Shown here: in pieces, positions 14,501-27,448 of the stretch | Position numbering within the stretch: position 1 is the stretch's first letter | How the letters are laid out: each line of letters begins with the position of its first letter | Source of the DNA: Balanoglossus misakiensis | Taxonomy: Eukaryota; Animalia; Hemichordata | NCBI GenBank assembly: GCA_040954595.2 | Contig: CM082584.2 | Location: 1,474,281 to 1,538,280 of the forward strand | Reading direction: 5' to 3' | DNA length: 64,000 nucleotides | Notes under the pieces: generated by a model | Told to the model about the DNA's origin: nothing | The model's database searches: none | What the model saw: only the letters and a program-made list of their open reading frames with translations | Program-made: the position numbers and the translations under genes

Positions 14501-17500
14501 GTTAATGTTGACGCAAAGGTTGACCCCACCAAACACTCAAAATTAATGGGCAGCACACTGTCCACTACGGCCTGGTTACTCTGTGCTCTGGTTAATGTTG
14601 ACGCAAAGGTTGACCCCACCAAACACTCAAAATTAATGGGCAGAACACTGTCCACTACGGCCTGGTTACTCTGTGCTCTGGTTAATGTTGACGCAAAGGT
14701 TGACCCCACCAAACACTCAAAATTAATGGGCAGCACACTGTCCACTATGGCCTGGTTACTGTGTGCTCTGGTTAATGTTGACGCAAAGGTTGACCCCACC
14801 AAACACTCAAAATTAATGGGCAGAACACTGTCCACTACGGCCTGGTTACTGTGTGCTCTGGTTAATGTTGACGCAAAGGTTGACCCCACCAAACACTCAA
14901 AATTAATGGGCAGAACACTGTCCACTACGGCCTGGTTACTGTGTGCTCTGGTTAATGTTGACGCAAAGGTTGACCCCACCAAACACTCAAAATTAATGGG
15001 CAGCACACTGTCCACTACGGCCTGGTTACTGTGTGCTCTGGTTAATGTTGACGCAAAGGTTGACCCCACCAAACACTCAAAATTAATGGGCAGAACACTG
15101 TCCACTACGGCCTGGTTACTGTGTGCTCTGGTTAATGTTGACGCAAAGGTTGACCCCACCAAACACTCAAAATTAATGGGCAGAACACTGTCCACTACGG
15201 CCTGGTTACTGTGTGCTCTGGTTAATGTTGACGCAAAGGTTGACCCCACCAAACACTCAAAATTAATGGGCAGAACACTGTCCACTACGGCCTGGTTACT
15301 GTGTGCTCTGGTTAATGTTGACGCAAAGGTTGACCCCACCAAACACTCAAAATTAATGGGCAGCACACTGTCCACTATGGCCTGGTTACTGTGTGCTCTG
15401 GTTAATGTTGACGCAAAGGTTGACCCCACCAAACACTCAAAATTAATGGGCAGAACACTGTCCACTATGGCCTGGTTACTGTGTGCTCTGGTTAATGTTG
15501 ACGCAAAGGTTGACCCCACCAAACACTCAAAATTAATGGGCAGAACACTGTCCACTACGGCCTGGTTACTGTGTGCTCTGGTTAATGTTGACGCAAAGGT
15601 TGACCCCACCAAACACTCAAAATTAATGGGCAGAACACTGTCCACTACGGCCTGGTTACTGTGTGCTCTGGTTAATGTTGACGCAAAGGTTGACCCCACC
15701 AAACACTCAAAATTAATGGGCAGAACACTGTCCACTACGGCCTGGTTACTGTGTGCTCTGGTTAATGTTGACGCAAAGGTTGACCCCACCAAACACTCAA
15801 AATTAATGGGCAGAACACTGTCCACTACGGCCTGGTTACTGTGTGCTCTAGTTAATGTTGACGCAAAGGTTGACCCCACCAAACACTCAAAATTAATGGG
15901 CAGAACACTGTCCACTACGGCCTGGTTACTGTGTGCTCTGGTTAATGTTGACGCAAAGGTTGACCCCACCAAACACTCAAAATTAATGGGCAGCACACTG
16001 TCCACTACGGCCTGGTTACTGTGTGCTCTGGTTAATGTTGACGCAAAGGTTGACCCCACCAAACACTCAAAATTAATGGGCAGCACACTGTCCACTACGG
16101 CCTGGTTACTGTGTGCTCTGGTTAATGTTGACGCAAAGGTTGACCCCACCAAACACTCAAAATTAATGGGCAGAACACTGTCCACTACGGCCTGGTTACT
16201 GTGTGCTCTGGTTAATGTTGACGCAAAGGTTGACCCCACCAAACACTCAAAATTAATGGGCAGAACACTGTCCACTACGGCCTGGTTACTGTGTGCTCTG
16301 GTTAATGTTGACGCAAAGGTTGACCCCACCAAACACTCAAAATTAATGGGCAGAACACTGTCCACTACGGCCTGGTTACTGTGTGCTCTGGTTAATGTTG
16401 ACGCAAAGGTTGACCCCACCAAACACTCAAAATTAATGGGCAGAACACTGTCCACTATGGCCTGGTTACTGTGTGCTCTGGTTAATGTTGACGCAAAGGT
16501 TGACCCCACCAAACACTCAAAATTAATGGGCAGAACACTGTCCACTACGGCCTGGTTACTGTGTGCTCTGGTTAATGTTGACGCAAAGGTTGACCCCACC
16601 AAACACTCAAAATTAATGGGCAGAACACTGTCCACTACGGCCTGGTTACTGTGTGCTCTGGTTAATGTTGACGCAAAGGTTGACCCCACCAAACACTCAA
16701 AATTAATGGGCAGAACACTGTCCACTACGGCCTGGTTACTGTGTGCTCTGGTTAATGTTGACGCAAAGGTTGACCCCACCAAACACTCAAAATTAATGGG
16801 CAGAACACTGTCCACTATGGCCTGGTTACTGTGTGCTCTAGTTAATGTTGACGCAAAGGTTGACCCCACCAAACACTCAAAATTAATGGGCAGAACACTG
16901 TCCACTACGGCCTGGTTACTGTGTGCTCTGGTTAATGTTGACGCAAAGGTTGACCCCACCAAACACTCAAAATTAATGGGCAGCACACTGTCCACTATGG
17001 CCTGGTTACTGTGTGCTCTGGTTAATGTTGACGCAAAGGTTGACCCCACCAAACACTCAAAATTAATGGGCAGAACACTGTCCACTACGGCCTGGTTACT
17101 GTGTGCTCTGGTTAATGTTGACGCAAAGGTTGACCCCACCAAACACTCAAAATTAATGGGCAGAACACTGTCCACTATGGCCTGGTTACTGTGTGCTCTG
17201 GTTAATGTTGACGCAAAGGTTGACCCCACCAAACACTCAAAATTAATGGGCAGAACACTGTCCACTACGGCCTGGTTACTGTGTGCTCTGGTTAATGTTG
17301 ACGCAAAGGTTGACCCCACCAAACACTCAAAATTAATGGGCAGAACACTGTCCACTACGGCCTGGTTACTGTGTGCTCTGGTTAATGTTGACGCAAAGGT
17401 TGACCCCACCAAACACTCAAAATTAATGGGCAGAACACTGTCCACTACGGCCTGGTTACTGTGTGCTCTGGTTAATGTTGACGCAAAGGTTGACCCCACC

Positions 17501-20500
17501 AAACACTCAAAATTAATGGGCAGCACACTGTCCACTACGGCCTGGTTACTGTGTGCTCTGGTTAATGTTGACGCAAAGGTTGACCCCACCAAACACTCAA
17601 AATTAATGGGCAGAACACTGTCCACTACGGCCTGGTTACTGTGTGCTCTGGTTAATGTTGACGCAAAGGTTGACCCCACCAAACACTCAAAATTAATGGG
17701 CAGAACACTGTCCACTACGGCCTGGTTACTGTGTGCTCTGGTTAATGTTGACGCAAAGGTTGACCCCACCAAACACTCAAAATTAATGGGCAGAACACTG
17801 TCCACTACGGCCTGGTTACTGTGTGCTCTGGTTAATGTTGACGCAAAGGTTGACCCCACCAAACACTCAAAATTAATGGGCAGAACACTGTCCACTACGG
17901 CCTGGTTACTGTGTGCTCTGGTTAATGTTGACGCAAAGGTTGACCCCACCAAACACTCAAAATTAATGGGCAGAACACTGTCCACTACGGCCTGGTTACT
18001 GTGTGCTCTGGTTAATGTTGACGCAAAGGTTGACCCCACCAAACACTCAAAATTAATGGGCAGAACACTGTCCACTACGGCCTGGTTACTGTGTGCTCTG
18101 GTTAATGTTGACGCAAAGGTTGACCCCACCAAACACTCAAAATTAATGGGCAGAACACTGTCCACTACGGCCTGGTTACTGTGTGCTCTGGTTAATGTTG
18201 ACGCAAAGGTTGACCCCACCAAACACTCAAAATTAATGGGCAGAACACTGTCCACTACGGCCTGGTTACTGTGTGCTCTGGTTAATGTTGACGCAAAGGT
18301 TGACCCCACCAAACACTCAAAATTAATGGGCAGAACACTGTCCACTACGGCCTGGTTACTGTGTGCTCTGGTTAATGTTGACGCAAAGGTTGACCCCACC
18401 AAACACTCAAAATTAATGGGCAGAACACTGTCCACTACGGCCTGGTTACTGTGTGCTCTGGTTAATGTTGACGCAAAGGTTGACCCCACCAAACACTCAA
18501 AATTAATGGGCAGAACACTGTCCACTACGGCCTGGTTACTCTGTGCTCTGGTTAATGTTGACGCAAAGGTTGACCCCACCAAACACTCAAAATTAATGGG
18601 CAGAACACTGTCCACTACGGCCTGGTTACTCTGTGCTCTGGTTAATGTTGACGCAAAGGTTGACCCCACCAAACACTCAAAATTAATGGGCAGAACACTG
18701 TCCACTACGGCCTGGTTACTCTGTGCTCTGGTTAATGTTGACGCAAAGGTTGACCCCACCAAACACTCAAAATTAATGGGCAGCACACTGTCCACTACGG
18801 CCTGGTTACTCTGTGCTCTGGTTAATGTTGACGCAAAGGTTGACCCCACCAAACACTCAAAATTAATGGGCAGAACACTGTCCACTATGGCCTGGTTACT
18901 CTGTGCTCTGGTTAATGTTGACGCAAAGGTTGACCCCACCAAACACTCAAAATTAATGGGCAGCACACTGTCCACTATGGCCTGGTTACTGTGTGCTCTG
19001 GTTAATGTTGACGCAAAGGTTGACCCCACCAAACACTCAAAATTAATGGGCAGAACACTGTCCACTACGGCCTGGTTACTGTGTGCTCTGGTTAATGTTG
19101 ACGCAAAGGTTGACCCCACCAAACACTCAAAATTAATGGGCAGAACACTGTCCACTACGGCCTGGTTACTCTGTGCTCTGGTTAATGTTGACGCAAAGGT
19201 TGACCCCACCAAACACTCAAAATTAATGGGCAGCACACTGTCCACTACGGCCTGGTTACTGTGTGCTCTGGTTAATGTTGACGCAAAGGTTGACCCCACC
19301 AAACACTCAAAATTAATGGGCAGAACACTGTCCACTACGGCCTGGTTACTGTGTGCTCTGGTTAATGTTGACGCAAAGGTTGACCCCACCAAACACTCAA
19401 AATTAATGGGCAGCACACTGTCCACTACGGCCTGGTTACTGTGTGCTCTGGTTAATGTTGACGCAAAGGTTGACCCCACCAAACACTCAAAATTAATGGG
19501 CAGCACACTGTCCACTACGGCCTGGTTACTGTGTGCTCTGGTTAATGTTGACGCAAAGGTTGACCCCACCAAACACTCAAAATTAATGGGCAGAACACTG
19601 TCCACTATGGCCTGGTTACTGTGTGCTCTGGTTAATGTTGACGCAAAGGTTGACCCCACCAAACACTCAAAATTAATGGGCAGAACACTGTCCACTACGG
19701 CCTGGTTACTGTGTGCTCTGGTTAATGTTGACGCAAAGGTTGACCCCACCAAACACTCAAAATTAATGGGCAGAACACTGTCCACTACGGCCTGGTTACT
19801 GTGTGCTCTGGTTAATGTTGACGCAAAGGTTGACCCCACCAAACACTCAAAATTAATGGGCAGAACACTGTCCACTACGGCCTGGTTACTGTGTGCTCTG
19901 GTTAATGTTGACGCAAAGGTTGACCCCACCAAACACTCAAAATTAATGGGCAGAACACTGTCCACTACGGCCTGGTTACTGTGTGCTCTGGTTAATGTTG
20001 ACGCAAAGGTTGACCCCACCAAACACTCAAAATTAATGGGCAGAACACTGTCCACTATGGCCTGGTTACTGTGTGCTCTGGTTAATGTTGACGCAAAGGT
20101 TGACCCCACCAAACACTCAAAATTAATGGGCAGAACACTGTCCACTACGGCCTGGTTACTGTGTGCTCTGGTTAATGTTGACGCAAAGGTTGACCCCACC
20201 AAACACTCAAAATTAATGGGCAGCACACTGTCCACTATGGCCTGGTTACTGTGTGCTCTGGTTAATGTTGACGCAAAGGTTGACCCCACCAAACACTCAA
20301 AATTAATGGGCAGAACACTGTCCACTACGGCCTGGTTACTGTGTGCTCTGGTTAATGTTGACGCAAAGGTTGACCCCACCAAACACTCAAAATTAATGGG
20401 CAGAACACTGTCCACTATGGCCTGGTTACTGTGTGCTCTGGTTAATGTTGACGCAAAGGTTGACCCCACCAAACACTCAAAATTAATGGGCAGAACACTG

Positions 20501-23500
20501 TCCACTATGGCCTGGTTACTGTGTGCTCTGGTTAATGTTGACGCAAAGGTTGACCCCACCAAACACTCAAAATTAATGGGCAGAACACTGTCCACTACGG
20601 CCTGGTTACTGTGTGCTCCGGTTAATGTTGACGCAAAGGTTGACCCCACCAAACACTCAAAATTAATGGGCAGAACACTGTCCACTATGGCCTGGTTACT
20701 GTGTGCTCTGGTTAATGTTGACGCAAAGGTTGACCCCACCAAACACTCAAAATTAATGGGCAGAACACTGTCCACTATGGCCTGGTTACTGTGTGCTCTG
20801 GTTAATGTTGACGCAAAGGTTGACCCCACCAAACACTCAAAATTAATGGGCAGAACACTGTCCACTACGGCCTGGTTACTGTGTGCTCTGGTTAATGTTG
20901 ACGCAAAGGTTGACCCCACCAAACACTCAAAATTAATGGGCAGAACACTGTCCACTACGGCCTGGTTACTGTGTGCTCTGGTTAATGTTGACGCAAAGGT
21001 TGACCCCACCAAACACTCAAAATTAATGGGCAGAACACTGTCCACTACGGCCTGGTTACTGTGTGCTCTGGTTAATGTTGACGCAAAGGTTGACCCCACC
21101 AAACACTCAAAATTAATGGGCAGAACACTGTCCACTACGGCCTGGTTACTGTGTGCTCTGGTTAATGTTGACGCAAAGGTTGACCCCACCAAACACTCAA
21201 AATTAATGGGCAGAACACTGTCCACTACGGCCTGGTTACTGTGTGCTCTGGTTAATGTTGACGCAAAGGTTGACCCCACCAAACACTCAAAATTAATGGG
21301 CAGAACACTGTCCACTACGGCCTGGTTACTGTGTGCTCTGGTTAATGTTGACGCAAAGGTTGACCCCACCAAACACTCAAAATTAATGGGCAGAACACTG
21401 TCCACTACGGCCTGGTTACTGTGTGCTCTGGTTAATGTTGACGCAAAGGTTGACCCCACCAAACACTCAAAATTAATGGGCAGAACACTGTCCACTACGG
21501 CCTGGTTACTGTGTGCTCTGGTTAATGTTGACGCAAAGGTTGACCCCACCAAACACTCAAAATTAATGGGCAGAACACTGTCCACTACGGCCTGGTTACT
21601 GTGTGCTCTGGTTAATGTTGACGCAAAGGTTGACCCCACCAAACACTCAAAATTAATGGGCAGAACACTGTCCACTACGGCCTGGTTACTGTGTGCTCTG
21701 GTTAATGTTGACGCAAAGGTTGACCCCACCAAACACTCAAAATTAATGGGCAGAACACTGTCCACTACGGCCTGGTTACTGTGTGCTCTGGTTAATGTTG
21801 ACGCAAAGGTTGACCCCACCAAACACTCAAAATTAATGGGCAGCACACTGTCCACTACGGCCTGGTTACTGTGTGCTCTGGTTAATGTTGACGCAAAGGT
21901 TGACCCCACCAAACACTCAAAATTAATGGGCAGAACACTGTCCACTACGGCCTGGTTACTGTGTGCTCTGGTTAATGTTGACGCAAAGGTTGACCCCACC
22001 AAACACTCAAAATTAATGGGCAGAACACTGTCCACTACGGCCTGGTTACTGTGTGCTCTGGTTAATGTTGACGCAAAGGTTGACCCCACCAAACACTCAA
22101 AATTAATGGGCAGAACACTGTCCACTACGGCCTGGTTACTGTGTGCTCTGGTTAATGTTGACGCAAAGGTTGACCCCACCAAACACTCAAAATTAATGGG
22201 CAGAACACTGTCCACTACGGCCTGGTTACTGTGTGCTCTGGTTAATGTTGACGCAAAGGTTGACCCCACCAAACACTCAAAATTAATGGGCAGAACACTG
22301 TCCACTACGGCCTGGTTACTGTGTGCTCTGGTTAATGTTGACGCAAAGGTTGACCCCACCAAACACTCAAAATTAATGGGCAGAACACTGTCCACTACGG
22401 CCTGGTTACTGTGTGCTCTGGTTAATGTTGACGCAAAGGTTGACCCCACCAAACACTCAAAATTAATGGGCAGAACACTGTCCACTACGGCCTGGTTACT
22501 GTGTGCTCTGGTTAATGTTGACGCAAAGGTTGACCCCACCAAACACTCAAAATTAATGGGCAGAACACTGTCCACTACGGCCTGGTTACTGTGTGCTCTG
22601 GTTAATGTTGACGCAAAGGTTGACCCCACCAAACACTCAAAATTAATGGGCAGAACACTGTCCACTACGGCCTGGTTACTGTGTGCTCTGGTTAATGTTG
22701 ACGCAAAGGTTGACCCCACCAAACACTCAAAATTAATGGGCAGAACACTGTCCACTACGGCCTGGTTACTGTGTGCTCTGGTTAATGTTGACGCAAAGGT
22801 TGACCCCACCAAACACTCAAAATTAATGGGCAGCACACTGTCCACTATGGCCTGGTTACTGTGTGCTCTGGTTAATGTTGACGCAAAGGTTGACCCCACC
22901 AAACACTCAAAATTAATGGGCAGAACACTGTCCACTACGGCCTGGTTACTGTGTGCTCTGGTTAATGTTGACGCAAAGGCTGACCCCACCAAACACTCAA
23001 AATTAATGGGCACGATACTGGCCACTCTGGCCTAGTTAATGTTGACGCAAAGGTTGACCCCACCAAACACTCAAAATTAATGGGCACGATACTGGCCACT
23101 CTGGCCTAGTTAATGTTGACGCAAAGGTTGACCCCACCAAACACTCAAAATTAATGGGCATGATACTGGCCACTCTGGCCTAGTTAATGTTGACGCAAAG
23201 GTTGACCCCACCAAACACTCAAAATTAATGGGCACGATACTGGCCACTCTGGCCTAGATAATGTTGACGCAAAGGTTGACCCCACCAAACACTCAAAATT
23301 AATGGGCAGAACACTGTCCACTACGGCCTGGTTACTGTGTGCTCTGGTTAATGTTGACGCAAAGGTTGACCCCACCAAACACTCAAAATTAATGGGCAGA
23401 ACACTGTCCACTACGGCCTGGTTACTGTGTGCTCTGGTTAATGTTGACGCAAAGGTTGACCCCACCAAACACCTAAAATTAATGGGCAGAACACTGTCCA

Positions 23501-23716
23501 CTACGGCCTGGTTACTGTGTGCTCTGGTTAATGTTGACGCAAAGGTTGACACCACCAAACACTCAAAATTAATGGGCAGCACACTGTCCACTATGGCCTG
23601 GTTACTGTGTGCTCTGGTTAATGTTGACGCAAAGGTTGACCCCACCAAACACTCAAAATTAATGGGCAGAACACTGTCCACTACGGCCTGGTTACTGTGT
23701 GCTCTGGTTAATGTTA
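8575..23716. repeat. 90-bp tandem satellite (~165-170 units) with 74/75-bp variant units near both edges
   Basis: Unit GTTAATGTTGACGCAAAGGTTGACCCCACCAAACACTCAAAATTAATGGGCAG(A/C)ACACTGTCCACTA(C/T)GGCCTGGTTACT(G/C)TGTGCTCTG. An uninterrupted 90-bp period runs from ~10811 to ~22970. The short unit ends ...GGGCACGATACTGGCCACTCTGGCCTA. Confidence 0.98.
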
Positions 23717-23948
23717 ATGGTAGGTCGTGGCTGTCTCATTTCAGGGATTTGTGGACTAAATGTCAATCTTTGTACTATTCGTACATGAAACTTTTCTTTC
23801 AAATACAACTTACAGACCAACATAGACAGTCATGCTTATATAAGTATGACTATCTATTAAAGTAACATTCATATCATGATTGTTGTTTTACACTGTGTTT
23901 TCAAAGTAATTGTTGCAGTAAACCAATTGCCTTGCTTGGAAATATTAA

Positions 23949-24055
23949 AAGGGAAGTCCTGTCCAGCTGATTTATGCATAATTTCTACACAATGTTTTTT
24001 TCTGAAAGAATGACCTCAAAGCTACCCAATTATGTAGCTGAACCAGACTTCCCCT
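23949..24055. mobile_element. Short TTAA-flanked MITE (related partial copy at ~36400-36496)
   Basis: TTAA-AAGGGAAGTCC...GACTTCCCCT-TTAA. Internal CTGAAAGA(A/G)TGACCTCAAAGCTAC is shared with 36437-36460. Confidence 0.7.
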
Positions 24056-24356
24056 TTAAATGCTACCAGTGAGCTTGTTTGTCTTTGTAAATACACTCAA
24101 GTATTAATCCCCTTTTTCTCAGAATTCAATGCATCTTCATGCCATGAGGTGAGAGGACACTTTTGTTAGCAGGAGGGAAACAAATCCAAAATAAATAATA
24201 ACAGTGCAAAGTTGGTCTGCTGACTTTCTCCACATTTCATTATTGAATTACGGCAAAATTATGAAATCCAATTATGAAATTCAGCTTTTTGTCCACTTTT
24301 TGTTGCTGCAAATTCATTGCGGTATAAAGGTCAATAATATGACAAATCTTGGTTAA

Positions 24357-24541
24357 AAGTATACAGTCACCTTCAATACACATTCCCATATATGGCTGAA
24401 TGGCGTATTTGAGCATTCTAAAGAACATATGGTGGCGCCTGTTTTCCACGTGTGCCACCAAATGAAAATCTGTGATTGGCTAGATTTCAATTTTCCATGG
24501 TAACTATATATAGCTAATTTTCCATGGGTGATCATATACCT
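24357..24541. mobile_element. TTAA-flanked MITE (related end at ~46955-47130)
   Basis: TTAA-AAGTATACAGTCACC...GGTGATCATATACCT-TTAA. The sequence CATGGAAAATTAGCTATA...AGCCAATCACAGATTTT is shared with the 46955 region in the opposite orientation. Confidence 0.75.
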
Positions 24542-26857
24542 TTAACTCTATAGTTTAACATGATACTTACGAACACATGATTGGTTAAAAGTGTAGACAT
24601 CATACATTGAGAGACCAGTTTCTCCAGGTGGCAGATAGAATCCACCTGTGCCGTTATTTGCATATAAGAGATAGCCTTCTTCACAGGAACATTGAAAACC
24701 ACCTGCAGTGTTTTTACAAAGTTGATCACAAGAATGTGAAGCACATTCATTTATATCTACAAAGAAGGAACATGGATTGGATTAAAACAATGTACGTTCA
24801 GTAAAATTGAAAGTATTGTCATTTCTTTTAATCGTGAATTTTGGGATTATCTTGTGTACGTACAAGATGAATCTGTGATAAAATAAAGGCGTCACCTTGC
24901 TTGCTTTTGAAATACAAGGCCATTAATTTAGTTGATAATAGAAGAAACCTGCTGACTCAGCATGGTTCACCAATGGTTTGTCTATGGACAAAAACCTTAA
25001 AGAAATTTATCTCAAAATAGAGCATTGTAATCACACAATTTTATTTGACCAATGAATTTATATTTACTAGACTGAGCTATGTGTAAAATTTCGTGAAAAT
25101 GACAATAGTAGAAGTTTGTTTTCTAGCAATTATCAATGTAATCCTATGAGAAAAAGACACCTGAGATTAAAAGGTCATTCCAAAAATTTATCCGGAATTC
25201 TGAAATAAGTTCGGAATGTGTTAAATGTGAAAATAGTGACTTGAAGTTATGTTGCAAGTGACTTGTTTATGTCTCACCTTTGCATGCTGTTCCATTCACA
25301 TCTGGTTCAAATCCCACCAAACATGCACACTGATAGTCACCATCTCTATTTTCACAGACTTGATTGATTCCACACCGTGCCACCAATGTACTACATTCAT
25401 TGATATCTGAAATGTTATTCATCAAGATATGATCAAAATCCTACAGGTCCGCTGGTAAATTCAGACCAACAAGTTTAGCTGGGAACCACCAGACCAACAG
25501 GAAATTTTCACAAACAAATTTTCGCGAACTATGCAAGAGCCAAAAAAAAAAGAAATTTTTGCGTAAAAAACTATTTTCAGTGATAACAATGTAGTGAAAT
25601 ACGAGAACATGAAAATTAATCGTCTCATAACAGTTTCTGCTTTTGATATCGCAAAAAATTTCTTTGTCGCGAAAATTTCCTGTTTTACAGTAATCAATGA
25701 AAAATAAAATTACGAAAATCATGAAATTTCTGACAGCCATAGATTTGCATGGCATGAACTGTATGTCCTATCAGCATGTAGTTTAGGTGACATTTATGAT
25801 AAATAGTCAAATTACTGGAGTGATCGATTACGGTACCTCATAAGCAGACAACCACATGAAGACCAATCTTGATGTGAACTTACCAATGCATGATGGTATT
25901 GCACTATTCCACTGTAAATCGGATTGACAAGTCAGGTAATCAGCACCATTTAATTCATAGCCAGCATTACAATAGAATGTGATGTTACTGCCCATATAAT
26001 ATGGTCCACTATCAGGGACAGCTTGTAGATGTGGGTCTGTTATGAGTATATCACTGCAGTTCAATCCTGCAAGTAAAAAAAATAAAACACTATGTGGATG
26101 CAGACTTGATTGTGGTATATATATTGGGTATCTGTATTCTGTCACAACTTTAACATTTTCACCCCAAGTTCCCACTATAAAAGTCCAGATACCATTGACT
26201 CCTTTTTTTCAATTATCGACTAAATTCATGACTCTGTATTTCAAAAACAAGCGTGGTGACCCCTATATTTTATCACAAATTTTCATTATACATACATAGG
26301 ACAATCCAAAAATTAACAATTAAAAGAAATGACCATATTTTCAATTTTACTGAATGTACATCCTTAAATGACTTACGTTGACAGTATCCTGGATCTCCAA
26401 TCCATGATCCATCTTCACCACATGTAGAGACAGTGTAGCCAGTCAGACTGTAGCCAGATGGACATGAGTAGGCAACGGTTGTTCCAAAAATCAATGAATC
26501 ACCATTAACAATTTCATATGATAAGTAGTTGTCTACATTCGGTGGTGGACACTCGCGAGCTGTTTGGATAAGATGAACAGATAACATTACAAGTGTGTTA
26601 ATACTAGGAAAATGGTTTAAAGGGACATGCAGTAACCCTCACAATCCTGCATATTTTCAAGTTACCAGTGTCTGGTTTAACATTCAGTGTGTAATGTCCC
26701 AATTAGACACCCATGTGGAATGTAGCAACCAGCACAAAGTGCCCCATCATAACGCTATGGAGAGAATTTCAACTTGAGTCAGAGATTTTTATGAAAACAT
26801 GACAGTGAACACCCTGTGTTATACTTTGTTTTCAAAACGACTCATCACACACTTTAA

Positions 26858-27157
26858 AGCCTCTAGAGCTGCCAAATTTCACAATTTTTTTCTTTTCCAC
26901 AGTAAAACCTTTCAAATCTATGGTGATGCATACCACGATAGCTAGCTGCATACTGTTTGTATGGAGGCTGATTTTAATAAAATGGGTACGGCACCTGTTT
27001 AATACATTGCACGTTTAAATTGCAACATACAGCCACAATCAGGCATTGATGACATGTTCTTGTATCCCTATCAGTAAGCTTAATTATTTCAATGTACCAA
27101 TCTACGTCGGAAAATAAAATCTGAAAATAAATGCAAAAAGTGGCAGCTCTAGTGGCT
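26858..27157. mobile_element. TTAA-flanked MITE abutting the large Kolobok element
   Basis: TIR AGCCTCTAGAGCTGCCA / AGCCACTAGAGCTGCCA (16/17). TTAA at 26854-26857 and 27158-27161. Confidence 0.85.
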
Positions 27158-27448
27158 TTAAAAGGCGGGTATCGTCCCGAAATAGCCTTTGTTGATAAAC
27201 ATTACTTTTACCCACAATGCACTGCAGAACCTGCGTGCGAGCTAGATAAAGATGGCCGCGATTTCTCTCGCATAAAGTCTAAAAAGGGGCCGTTCTACAA
27301 GTTGTGAGGCATTTTGTGGTGTTTTGGCGTCCCGTATGGATGAGGTGTGATTGGTAACGGTGATCGGTCCACGAGTTCTACATTTTAGTCGACATCACTG
27401 CCCAAAATATCGGTCGGGAATCGCCAGATTTTGCCTGGAGTATTGAAC

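Noticed and set aside
10738-23035. 4095-aa (-) and 4059-aa (+) ORFs as giant repeat proteins
   Set aside because: They arise from a 90-bp unit (a multiple of 3) lacking stops in one frame per strand. They have no unique N- or C-terminus or splice context, and 74-bp units break the frame at both edges.
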